From: Mobula hypostoma
Taxonomy: Eukaryota
NCBI RefSeq assembly: GCF_963921235.1
Contig: NC_086109.1
Span: 3,350,001-3,414,000, forward strand
Direction of reading: 5' to 3'
DNA: 64,000 nucleotides
In this document: one piece after another, positions 53,067 to 64,000 of the stretch
Numbering within the stretch: the first letter of the stretch is position 1
How the letters are laid out: each line of letters begins with the position of its first letter
Notes under the pieces: model-generated
Told to the model about the DNA's origin: nothing
What the model saw: only the letters and a program-made list of their open reading frames with translations
The model's database searches: none
Position numbers and translations under genes: made by a program

Positions 53067-53418
53067 TTAGACCATAAGATATAGGAGCAGAATTAGGCCA
53101 TTCAGCCCATCAAATCTGCTCCACCATTCCATCATGACTGATCCTGGATCCCACTCAACCCTATACACCTGCCTTCTCGTCATGCCCTGACTGATCAGGA
53201 AACGATCAACTTCCACCTTAAATATACTCACGGACTTGGCCTCCACCGCAGTCTGTGGCAGAGCATTCCACAGATTCACTACTCTCTGGCTAAAAAAATT
53301 CCTCCTTTCCTGTGTTCTAGGGGGGGTCACCCCTCAGTTTTGAGGCTGTACCCTCCAGTTCTGGATACCCTCCACCATAGGAAACATCCTGTCCACATGC
53401 ACCCTATCTAAGTCCTTT
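53067..53418 (-). mobile_element. CR1/HER1-like LINE 3' end
   Basis: RRNFFSQRVVNLWNALPQTAVEAKSVSIFKVEVDRFL. Confidence 0.85.
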
Positions 53419-54399
53419 CTCTCAGGTCGGACAGAGAAGGAGGAAGCTGTCTGTCCTTTTTAATGTTCTGTGATTATAGCTTGGGGCCACGTCCAGTGAC
53501 CAGAGATCTCTCCAGACCCTGGATAGACTACATTATTGCTGGCAGTACAGAGTTGCACACATTAGTAGGGTAGGTTGGCCTGGTGGCAGAGTCATCCAGC
53601 ACTGAAACGTATCCTTTGGCCCAACTGGTCCCTGCCAACTGCGATGCCCAATCTAATCGTCCCAATTTGCCCATGTTTGGACCATATCCCTCCAAACTAG
53701 AAGATCCCAACCGTTTTTATGCCAAGGAGCCTGACCAAAGATCCCTGCTCTAAACCTTTCCTATCCATGTACCAGTCCAGTGGTTGTTCTAGTACCTGTC
53801 TCAGCAAAGGAGAGGAGCTACCTCTGTTGGTTTGCAGTCTGGAATGAGAAGGGCGGGTCCCGCCAACGGCAGCTAGTTACGAGCAGAGATTTTGGGGCTC
53901 CTCAGTAGAGTAGCAGTTAGCACAATGCTATTACAGCTCAGGGCATTGAAGCACAACTCCAATGTCATTTGTAAGGCCATCCTCCCCATAGCTGTCCGGT
54001 GGTGTAGTGGCCTCCGCACCGGTCCTCAAATCCTGCTGGCTCCTTGCATGCTTTCCATCCGTGCTGGGTTGAGTTTTGAGGTAGCAACTCGGACTCGTAA
54101 GAACAGACAAATGCTTAAGGTACGGCAAAGTTGCCACCCGATGTGCCACAAGGCACAGAAAAGAAGAAGAACAACTCCCCCCCCCACATGGAATGCTTGG
54201 ATATCCTCCACCTGCTCCAGTTTCCTCACACAGTCCAAACTCAGTGGATTAATTATTCATTGTAAATTGTCCGGTGATTAGGCAAGGGTTAAATCGGGGC
54301 TGTTGGACTGGAAGGGCCTATTTTGCGCAATAAATTACATTTTTTTAAAATTAGTCGTTGTGGTGACAGTTATTGAGGTATAGGGAAATGAGTGGGTGC

Positions 54400-55060
54400 C
54401 AAATGATCCCTCCCAGCAGGTTCCTCTGACGTGCACCGTGTACGGGGCAGGCTTGGTGGCGGTGTGGTGACCTTGGGCTACAGCAGTGACAGCGTTAATG
54501 GGCACCCATGGGTGCCAGGAGCTGACCGCCCGCCCCCCACCCGTCACCAGGCGCGCGATATGTTAAGACGGCGCGGTAGGGTAATATACGTGATATGCTA
54601 ATATACGTGACATGCTAATGAGACATTCCGACCGCGAGCGCCGAGCCTGGCGGAGAGAAGGAGTGAGGCAGAAGCGGAGGAGAGAGAGAGGGAGAGAGAG
54701 AGAGGAGAGCGCGAGCACGGAGGAGAAAGCAACATCGCGAACAAGTTAGTGACAGCGCGGAACGGAGCGAGGAAGGTAGAAGGAGGGAACGACAGAGAGG
54801 GAAGCGGAGGGAGGGAGCGAGGGAAGGGGAGGGAGGGAGGGGAGTGAGAGAGGGAGGGAAAGGGGAATGAGAGACAGAGAGAGACAGAGAGAGAAGGGAG
54901 AGAGAGAGGCAGAGAAGATGGGAGACAGACTGACACAGAGAGGTGAGAAATATCGGGAAGAAGTTGGTGACAACCGGGAGCATGGAGAGGGAGGCTTGAG
55001 AGAGAGAGAGAAGCGGAAAAGAGGACAACATCGGGACCAGGTTAATGACAACCCGGAGCT

Positions 55061-55121
<61 letters not shown>

Positions 55122-55900
55122 CGGGAACAAGTTAGTGCCAACCCAGAAGAGAAGGGGAGAGTGGGAACGGTGAGGGGATGAGAGGGGATGGAGGGAAACG
55201 GGGAGGGAATGGGGTGATAGGAGAGAAGCAGGAAGGGAGTGAGGAGATGTGCGTGAGAGGGCGGAGAGAAGAGGACACACTGAGTGAAAAATCCCGGGAC
55301 CAAGTTAGTGACAACTGGAGGAGGGAGGGAGAGGAGGGTATGAGGGAGTGAGACGGACAGAGGGGGAGATACTGAAGGAAGGAATGGGGGAGGAAGGAAC
55401 GAGGGAGTGTGTGCGGGGAGGTGGGAGGGAGAGGAGGATGGGGAGTGAGGGTGACGGGAGGGATGGGGAGATTGTCGCTAAAACCGGGAACCGACTGCCC
55501 CGTTTTCTGACATTTCACCGGGACCCCAGTTGTCCACACCGTGACTCCCACCCGCCCGCACGCTGGTCCACCCTGGGACCCCTGGGTGGAGGCGGATATT
55601 GCTGGGGACGTGTGTGTGTGGTGAAGCTCCGTGTTGGGCAAGAGGAGTGGGTGATGCTCCGAGAGCCGGTGGGTGGTGGGGGGAGCGGACGGAACTTCTC
55701 CTCACAGAGTGTGACATCGGCTCTGCGCGTTGCGCCGTCTCAAGTAGTTTTCAAGCAGGCGGTGTTCCGCTGAGATTCGGGGGCACCGAAGTTTAAAATA
55801 CGGCGGCGGGAGCAGTCCGGTCACTGGCCGGGTCTCGCTGACGATAAAACGCGTGGACGAGAATGAGCACATTCTAATTGAATAAAAGCCTAATGCACGT
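54400..55900. promoter_or_regulatory. CpG-rich promoter-like region / probable non-coding first exon of an unidentified gene
   Basis: Visibly higher CpG density than the flanks (gcgcgcg, ccgcgagcgccg, cggcggcggg); no TE remnants recognised; GA-rich tract; tandem TACGTG and ATGCTAAT sites. Confidence 0.6.
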
Positions 55901-57152
55901 ATCGAAGTTCCCGAGCTATACCTTCCCCATCCCCTGACAGCACGTAACAGATAGAGTACAGTACAGTTGTCTGCACATCGGTGGGGCTGTCGGATCAATG
56001 CATAGCAGTAACAGATGTCTGAGTCTGTTACTTAGCTGTACTGATGGATTTAGCCGAGAGGGATCTGTTTAATTAGATTGTATATGAGTGAATTCAGAGG
56101 AAGGCACAGTATGCTGGGACGGAGAATGGCCCAAAGCAGAGTTTCTTCCCGCAAACGACATGAATTATTATCTACCCAAAAGCAGTTTGACAATCTATTC
56201 GAGTCAATATCGTTTTGTTTTGGCTTGTGATATATTTGAAAACTAATATTTGTCCACAGCCATCTCTTTGGGGGGGGGGGGTAAGAAGAGAGATTGGACG
56301 GAAGACAGATTGTCAGGACCTGGGGAGGTGCGGGACAACAGTACTCATGCAGATGTCTCTGAACCTCCTCCAGTGTGCATCTGGGACTTGGGAGTTGGAG
56401 AGAGAGAGGGTCTAGTGGGAAGTGGAAAGGCAGAATAGGAAATGTACTTTAAAAAACTGAAACCTAATGTTTCAGAGGCCTTCTGCGAAGAAAACGCGGT
56501 GTTGACAGGACTGCTGAGATGTTTGACATCACTTTGGCAGACAGCTTGTGATGTTTCTCTGAGGCCATTGAACTTCTAATTCTGTGCCTGCCGCAGACAC
56601 AGTTGAAGAAAGCCAAAAGTACAACCATTTGTTAAGAGATTAGTTTTGGGCTCTAGGAGGCTCGGCTGACAAACCAGGCAGCGTGAAACCGTTTGAAAAG
56701 CAAGACCAGGGCACAAAATGTCAAAGAGTGAGCAGAGAGATGAAGTCGTATCACCTCTCGGGTATTACCCTGAAGCAGGACCCCTGGGTCATTGGTATAT
56801 AACTAAGTTTGGGGACCCCTGCCCTGAAGGATGTCTGCCACGGATCCTTACTTCCAGCATCAGAGATGGAGGGGGAACTGTTTTAGCTGTCCCTGACTGT
56901 ACTTGTGAGGAGGCTAAGCGCAGCTGGCGTTACATCTAATAGGGATTGAAGAGCGATGTCCATTCTGAGCGTGTTCGTGTCTCTCCTGTTTGAGGAGACC
57001 TGCTGCTGTACGTGGGGTTGATGTTCAGTTCTTCCTCCCTCCCCTCCCCAAACTATTAACAGTGATCCGTGTGGCAGCACTGAGCATCAGTGGGTAACAT
57101 CTGATGCGAGACGAGGCGAATTGTAATGTTCACAGAACTGAGCAATCACCTT

Positions 57153-57835
57153 CAGAATCAGGTTTAATAGTGAAATTTGTTGTCTTGGCGGTGTCAGTAC
57201 AATGCAACGCGCATTAATAAAAGCATGAATATATACTGAACAGTTAAATTAAATAAGTGGTGCCGAAAATAAATTTTAAAAAGTAGCGAGGAAGTGTTCA
57301 TGGGTTCAATGTCTATTCAGAAATCGGGTGCCAGAGGGGAAGAAACTGTTCATGAGTCGTTGAGTGTGTGCCTTCAGGCCTTCCTGGTGGTAGCGATGAG
57401 AAGAGGGCATGGCCTGGGTGATGGGGGTCCTTCATGATGGAGGCTGCCTTTTTGAGGTATCACTCCTTGAAGACGTCCTGGACACTACGGAGGCTAGTGC
57501 CCATGATGGAGCTGCCTAAGTTTACAACTCTTTGCAGCTTATTCCGATTCTGTGCAGTAGCTGTGTCCCCTCACCCTGTAGCAGACGGTGATGCAACCAG
57601 TTAGAATGCTCTCCATGGTATATCTGTGGATATCTGCTAATGTCCTTGGTGACAAACCTGAAACTCCTGATGAAATGCAGCCGCTGTAACCATCTTCTTT
57701 GTAACTGCACCGATATGTTAGATCCTCGGGGTTAATGACACCCAAGAACATGAAATTGCTGACTCTGTCCACTTCTGATCCCCCTGTGAGGGTAGGTTTG
57801 TGTTCCCTCGTCTTACCCTTCCTGAAGTCCACAAT
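57153..57835 (-). mobile_element. Rex1/Babar-like LINE 3' fragment
   Basis: DFRKGKTREHKPTLTGGSEVDRVSNFMFLGV..ESILTGCITV. Confidence 0.8.
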
Positions 57836-58224
57836 AAGTTCATTTTAGCTAAGTGTCGGAATATAACGTTTTTTTCTACATTTTGCTCTGAATTTGATTA
57901 CCGATTCACTGCAAAGAAGATATTGAATTGGCTCATTTTAAAATACTATATGTAGTGACTACTTGAAAACAAATTAAAAGTCACTGAGGCTAAGAGAGTA
58001 TTGCACTGTTATTAACCGGATTTCATCGAAAAATACCTTTTAATTCTTTATTACAAACCAACAATAAAATCATTCCACTCTTCCGTAATTCATGTAAAAG
58101 CAATTGGATCAAATTCAAACAAGGACGAACGATCAAAGACGAAGTCAATAAAAAATCTGCGATGCCAACTCGTCTTCTCTATGTAGCCAAAGAGCCATAC
58201 GGGTGACTTTTTCTCACGGGCCTA

Positions 58225-58525
58225 TTACTTTCCCCGGGTTCCCCTCTCCTACTGACAACTCTCCTCTCCTATCAGATTCTTTCTTCTCCAGCCCTTGACC
58301 TTTCCCACCCACCTGGCTTCACCTATCACCTTCCAGCTTGCCTCCTTCGCCTCCCCACACCAATTTATTCAGGCATCTTCCCGGTTTCTTTGGAGTCCTG
58401 ATGAAGGGTCGGGGACCGAAACGTCAACTGTTTATTCATGTCCGTAGATGCTGCCTGGCCTGCTGAGTTCCGCCAGCATTTTGTGTGTGATTTCCTTTGG
58501 ATTTCCAGCATCTGCAGACTTTTTA
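58225..58525 (+). mobile_element. Penelope-like pLTR with hammerhead motif (58394-58430)
   Basis: AGUC-CUGAUGA-AG-GGUC(GGG)GACC-GAAA-CGUC-AACU. Confidence 0.75.
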
Positions 58526-59921
58526 GTTTTTGTGACTATATTCGCTTATTAATTTAGTGAGGATGCACAACGCAAATACAATACAGACAGACGATAAATA
58601 GATACCTGGCTCCTACCCTATATGTTATTGACGAGTTGAATATTTACAATAATGGTCCCATTATTGCAAATCAACATGCAAAACTGAGTGAGAGCAGACC
58701 TCCAGCTCTCCCCGACAGTAACAGCAGGTGCAGACGACATCTCCTCCCAGCTATCCAATTATCACCCCTTCTTCTTGGAGAGAGCTCCGTGCAGCAGGAT
58801 AATTCCGCGGGCAGCCCCCTTCCCCACCCCGTGCTCTGTGCAGGTGGACATTTTTCACTTGTCGACACATGGTGATTACATGGTGATTTGTTTTGACTCT
58901 GGGCCAATAGCAGCCAAGCATGATGCGTCCTCTCGCGAGTTGAGACATGGACAAAAGCTACAGCAAAGGGGGTCCCGAGGAATTTAGCTCCTTTACTGTC
59001 GGAGACCACTGACGCTAATTATTATAAAGGCCAATCTGACTACTTTGTGAGAGAACGCTTTGGAAGAGACAGACAAGCCTGTGATTGTCATCCGTATTTT
59101 GAGAAATCACTACAATCAAACCTCTGGGGGAGCTGTTGGACAGAACCATTTTCACTGCAGCAGACTCCGGACTATTTCCAAAAGCTCCAAATAACATTTA
59201 TTGTTTAATCAATACTGTGAACGAGGAGACTTCCTCTGATTCTGTTCAAATTCCATTGCTGACGTTGAATGAATATTTTATTAGCTAAAAGTAAGTTCAG
59301 TTTCTGACCTTGTAATTCATACCACACAAGCATGTTTTGAGAAAGAATGCTGTTTGTTGGCAGTGCTCTGAGTTTACAACCAGCCTTGTTTGAGAATTGG
59401 CCCTGCGATGATGTCTGTAGCTCATCTCCACGATGGGGGCTTTGTGATTGCAAGCAGCTCACTGGGTAATCGCTGCAAGGTAGAGGGGAAAATGTGGGAG
59501 AAGACCGGACCTTGTTGTGACTTCACTGAGCTTTGAGCTGCTCAAATGAGTGCCAGGTCCGAAGCCAAAGCGTGCACGTCAGAAAGATGACGGTGTTAGA
59601 ATAAGCTCAGTGGTGGTTTTTTTGGGGAAAAATTTAAAAGTCTCAAGTACACATCTGAACTGATAATGTCACACGAAAGATAATCTGAATGAGAATGTTG
59701 GAGGTGTTAATGGCAATGCGTGGGAAATCCTGTGAGAATTGGAGGTGGTGATCACATCTCTTCGACCCAGCTGCCCAGACCCGGGCTGGCAGCCATACCA
59801 GAGTGAGCTCTGCTAATTTCCTGGAGACTTGTGATATTAAAAGCTGAAGGAAGCAATGTTCCAGCTCGATACATTTACAGATACCAGGAAAACGGATTTG
59901 ACTCGGAATTCGCCAATAGCA

Positions 59922-60630
59922 ATATAGTGGATTCTGGTTAATTGGGATACATTGGGACTAATACACTTTGGTCCAATTAAGCAATTGCCTGAATAAGCTG
60001 GTTTCAGGGAAATAGCTAACAAAGTATAAAACAACAAACTTTTTAACTGAGTACCAATTATGTATTTACATTAAATACAGAACAAATTAGAACACTACCA
60101 ATACAACTACAATACTATAAAAGTGTGTATTAGTTCTTTATAGTTATTGATGGAGGAATTTATCCAGTGCATGCTGCCTCCTTCTTTGATTGACTGTAAA
60201 TGAACAAAATCAATGCAGATAATGGACTGCCTTCATACAATACTTTCAGTGATTTACATCGCCCATTGCAATATTTAAGATGATTGTCTATTCCTTCAAA
60301 TTCTTCATAGTTCCTAACTTGTTGAGGTAGTGAAATCATTTCATTTTCATTCCCAGCCATTTCTGGCATCTTCAGCCTGAATGCTTGAAACTGCAATGAG
60401 CAAAAAAGAGTTCTGAATTTTCTTACTGATTATTTCTTACCAACTATCAGTGGTATAAGTCACTGCTTTTTGAACACAACCATGCACAACTGATGCTATT
60501 TAAGAACTGTTCACTCTGAGTACAGTGTAGTGTCTAATGGTCACACAAGTGCATGTGACTGATGCTAGTTAGAAACTGTTTGGCAACAGTCTTCTGTCCC
60601 AATTAAGTGGCACAGTGTCCCAAATAAATG
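59922..60630 (-). mobile_element. Tigger/pogo-like DNA transposon derivative
   Basis: TIR-like tagtggattctggttaattgggatac and gtcccaattaa..gtgtcccaaataa; MPEMAGNENEMISLPQQVRNYEEFEGIDNHL remnant; paralog of 31297-31953. Confidence 0.65.
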
Positions 60631-60634
60631 TAGG

Positions 60635-61125
60635 GATTTAAATGAGGGAGAGTTGCGCAGCGTCAGCCTCACTCTCTCTTCCCAATTCCCATCTGGATCC
60701 AGTGGCAAAACAAGAATCGAGACAGCTGGAGATGGGATTAGGTGCAGTGGATGACCAGGACATCTTTGGTGTCTTGTCGTGCTCTATGCATTCCATGACG
60801 CCTGCAGAGACTTCCTTCTTGACTGTTGGAGCTTCCATTGGTCTCGTCCGCTCAATCCGCCGGAGTCTGTCTTCATGTGCTGGGATAGACAACACCCTAT
60901 CTCACCGAGGGTTTGAGACCCGTTGGCTACCCTCACCTGGTTTAGCCGGCTTCTTGAAGCCGTTGCCCGGGGTGTGGCCGCTGTCGCATGCAAACAGCTA
61001 CGGGGAGCCATAGGTGAGAGCTGAGTGCCAGGTGGGGACCAAAGGTGGACAAACCACTCTGAAAAGGATGTGACATGCTCCCCCACCAGAGCTGCTTCCC
61101 CTCCCTGACACCCCATATACCCCAA
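60635..61125 (-). mobile_element. RTE-type non-autonomous element, copy 2
   Basis: Shares cacctttggtccccacc, gctgtttgcatg.gacagcggccacaccc, ggctaaacca.gtgaggg and tggtcatccactgca with 15477-16014. Confidence 0.75.
60932..61123 (-). ncRNA. Candidate HDV-like ribozyme with hairpin inserted in L3
   Basis: P1 GGGGUGU/ACACCCC, P2 CUCACCU/AGGUGAG, P3 GGC/GCC, L3 UCCCCG.., P1.1 CC/GG, GGGCAAC, P4 CGGCUU/AAGCCG and J4/2 GCUAA in HDV order. Confidence 0.65.
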
Positions 61126-63221
61126 CCCCTGACGTAGACCCAGTAGAAATGAAATATTGATGACTTACTTCCATTCTGGAAGGTGCGAGTCTCAGAGAGA
61201 AAACTACAGGTGATGGTATTACCACAGACCAACTGCCCTTGTCCTAGTTAGCAGTGAGCCAAAAGACTGTAAGATATGGGAACATAACTAGTCCATTCAG
61301 CCCATTGAGTCTGCTCCACTATTCAGTCCTGGCTGTTGTATTCTCTCAACCCCATTTGCAGGAGTAGGCCATCAGACTTTCTGCCTTACCCCACCATTCG
61401 ATGTGATCACGGCTGATCTCTGCGGCTCTAGGCTCCTCTTCTCGGTGTCATTTTCCCTGAGCTGTCAAATATTTAAATGTTCACTTTAAATACTTGTACT
61501 GATCCAGTTTCCACTACCCACTGGGGCAGACAGTGCCAGAGATTCACCACCCTCTGGCAGAGGAAGTTTCTACATTTTTAATTACTGGTCCTCCTAGAAA
61601 AAAGGTCTCAACATTTACCCTGTCAGAAACCCTTAAGATATAACATCTTTGAATAAAGTTGCCCATCATTTTTCTAAGGAATACAGTCCCAAATTGTTTA
61701 ATCTCCTATGATAGGACACCAAAACATGCATATTTTAAAACTCTAATCTCTTAACAATGAATGCCAACATGCTATTTACCTTCTTAACCTCTTGTTGGAC
61801 CTTCCTGCTAACACAGAACTGTAGAAAACTACAGCACAGAAACAGGTCCATCTAGTTCATGCCTGCACCCAGACCATCGCCCTCCATACCCCACCCCCCC
61901 CACCTCCATCCATGTACCTATCAAAACTTCTCTTAAACGTTGAAATTGAAATTGTATCCTACTTGCACTGGCACTTCGTACAACAGTTTCACCACCCTCA
62001 AAGTGAAGAGGTTTCCCCTCATGTTCCCCTTAAACATTTCACCTATCACCTTTAACCTGTGACCTCTAATTGTAGTCCCACCCAGCCTCAGTGGAAAAAG
62101 CCAGCTCACTTTCTACAACTTGTGATTCATGCACAAGAAAACTTAGATCACCCTGAAGCTCCCTCGATTTCAGTCTCCCTCCAATCAGAGATTAATCTGC
62201 CTTCAGTTTCTCCTTACTGAAGTACATGACCTCACACTTCCCCATGTTAATCTCCATTTGGCATTCTTTTGCCCACTCAATCTATCTATATCCCACTGCA
62301 AACTCACTATATCCTTATCACAACATGCCCTTCCAGTTATTGTACCATTGTCAAGTTTGGAAACTTTAGACACTGTTCCTTCCTCCGGATCACTAAGTCA
62401 ACAGTTGTGGGTGTGTGATACTTCTTTGGTGGTAGTGGGTTTGGGAAGTGCTGAAAAGGTAACTGAAGGACTGTATGTAACTATATAATGGTTCTGAGTG
62501 ACAAACTGTACAGCAATAGTTGAGGAAAATGTTTAGGGTGAGAATAGGATGCTATCTGCTATTCCAAATGGTCTCCACCCATTCCCCATCTACCCTTTCA
62601 AAAATCATCACAATTCTCCAGATGACGGAAACAGGTTTATTTTAAGATGATTTGTACATTACTGCAGAGTTTGAGGCCTGGGTTGAAGCGATATGATGGC
62701 CAGTTGCTGGGGACTTCCTTCCAGATGTTGTCCAGCTTTGCATCCTTATGCTCATCCAGGGGAGTGGAGAGCATTCTCACCTTTTGTAGCCTGATCGAGA
62801 TGGATTTTAGGTCGGTGATGATCGGGGAGTTGATGATGACATTATTGAATGTCAAGGCCATTGCTTTGGACTTGCTTGATGCAAATGTTGCTTGCTATTA
62901 TCAGCCTTTGTTGGAAACCTGAAGAAAGAACTGCAAATGCTGGAAGTCTGAAATAAAAACAAAAACAGAACTTAGAACAGTACAGCCCACAGGAAGGGGA
63001 CCTTCGGCCCAAAACGTTGTACCAAACCTATTAAATTAGTAATCAAGTGGCTAACTAAACTAATCCCTTCTGCCGACACAATGACCATATCCTTCTATTT
63101 CCTCACATTCATGTAAACGTCTCTTAACAATCTGTAATATATTTGCTTCTACCACCACCCCAGGCAGCACATTCTAGACAGCCACCACTCTCTGTGCAAT
63201 AAAACTTGATTCTTATATCTC

Positions 63222-63700
63222 ATAGAGTTATCGAAAAGTACAGCACAGGAACTGGCCTTTCAGCCCATCTAGTCCATGCTGAAATTATTTAAACTGTCTA
63301 CTCCCATCGACCTGCACCGAGACCACAGCCCTTCATCCTCCGACCATCTATGTTCGCTTAAATGTTGAAATCGATCTCGCATATTCTTATGACCCTTTGA
63401 ATGAAGGTCTTTCCTCTCATGTTCCCCTTAAACTTCGAAATTTTGAAATTTTCCCCCTTTTACCTTAAATGCTTGCCCTCTGGGCAAGCCTGGGAAAAAG
63501 ATACAGTCTGTCTACTCTGTCAATGACTTTCATAACCTTATAAACGTCTATCAGATCTCCCTTCAGTCTCCAGCTCTCCCGAGAAACCAACCCAAGTTTG
63601 TCCAACCTCTTGTTATAGCGCATTCCCTTTAATCCAGGCAATATCCTGGTAAACCTCTTCTGCACCCTCTCCAAAACCTCACCATTCTTCCTATGATGGG
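63222..63700 (-). mobile_element. CR1/HER1-like LINE 3' end
   Basis: LERVQKRFTRILPGLKGMRYNKRLDKLGL..LKGDLIDVYKVM. Confidence 0.8.
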
Positions 63701-64000
63701 CAACACTGTGAACATGTACAAATGTAAAAGATGTTGGAAACACTCAGCAGGTCAGGCTGCTTTTGTGGAGGGAGAAATTTTTAACGTTTTATGTTTCTTT
63801 GATGACAATCCAGCCTGACTTGCTAGAAGTTTCTAACACATTCTGCTGTTACATGCAGTACTTTGCAAAAGCCTTAGACACATCTTAACTAGGGAACCTA
63901 AGACTTTTGCACAGTACTGTATTTGTCAACGTGGAGCGGAGAGCGAGTTTGTAAATCTGGCAGGAGCAAGAGATGTGAATGGCGAAGGTGGAGCGCCGTG

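Noticed and set aside
54731..55315. CRISPR-like repeat-spacer array
   Set aside because: Eukaryotic context, degenerate repeats, low-complexity spacers of irregular length, no cas genes
54598..55773. Longest ORFs in the track (221, 185, 169 aa)
   Set aside because: Translations of GA/CT low-complexity DNA (LSLSLS, ERERER)
60925..60950. Twister ribozyme suggested by GGCUAAA..GAGGG
   Set aside because: Upstream twister elements could not be placed; the HDV-like topology accounts for the same bases

Overview
This is eukaryotic, repeat-dominated vertebrate DNA. The repeat content (CR1/HER1-like LINE 3' ends, HE1-like V-SINEs, Rex1/Babar-like LINEs, Penelope-like elements) points to a cartilaginous fish (shark or ray); this is inferred from family recognition, not from a database search. 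I can support no intact host protein-coding gene. The ORF-track entries I could assign are retroelement remnants or microsatellite translations. A CpG-rich, promoter-like region lies at about 54.4-55.9 kb. The most interesting signals are at the RNA level: (1) two diverged copies of a short RTE-type non-autonomous element (15.5 kb +, 61 kb -) whose 5' ends fit an HDV-like double-pseudoknot ribozyme with an unusual extra hairpin in L3 and a compensatory change in P4; (2) about nine copies of a minimal hammerhead motif in Penelope-like pseudo-LTRs; (3) two R4/Dong-like fragments, each inserted in the (TTA)n tract of the same host LINE family; (4) a ~26-bp motif repeated five times in the promoter-like region, next to a tandem HRE/octamer repeat. 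All structures were paired by eye and family names are from recall. Repeat boundaries are approximate (about +/-20-50 bp).
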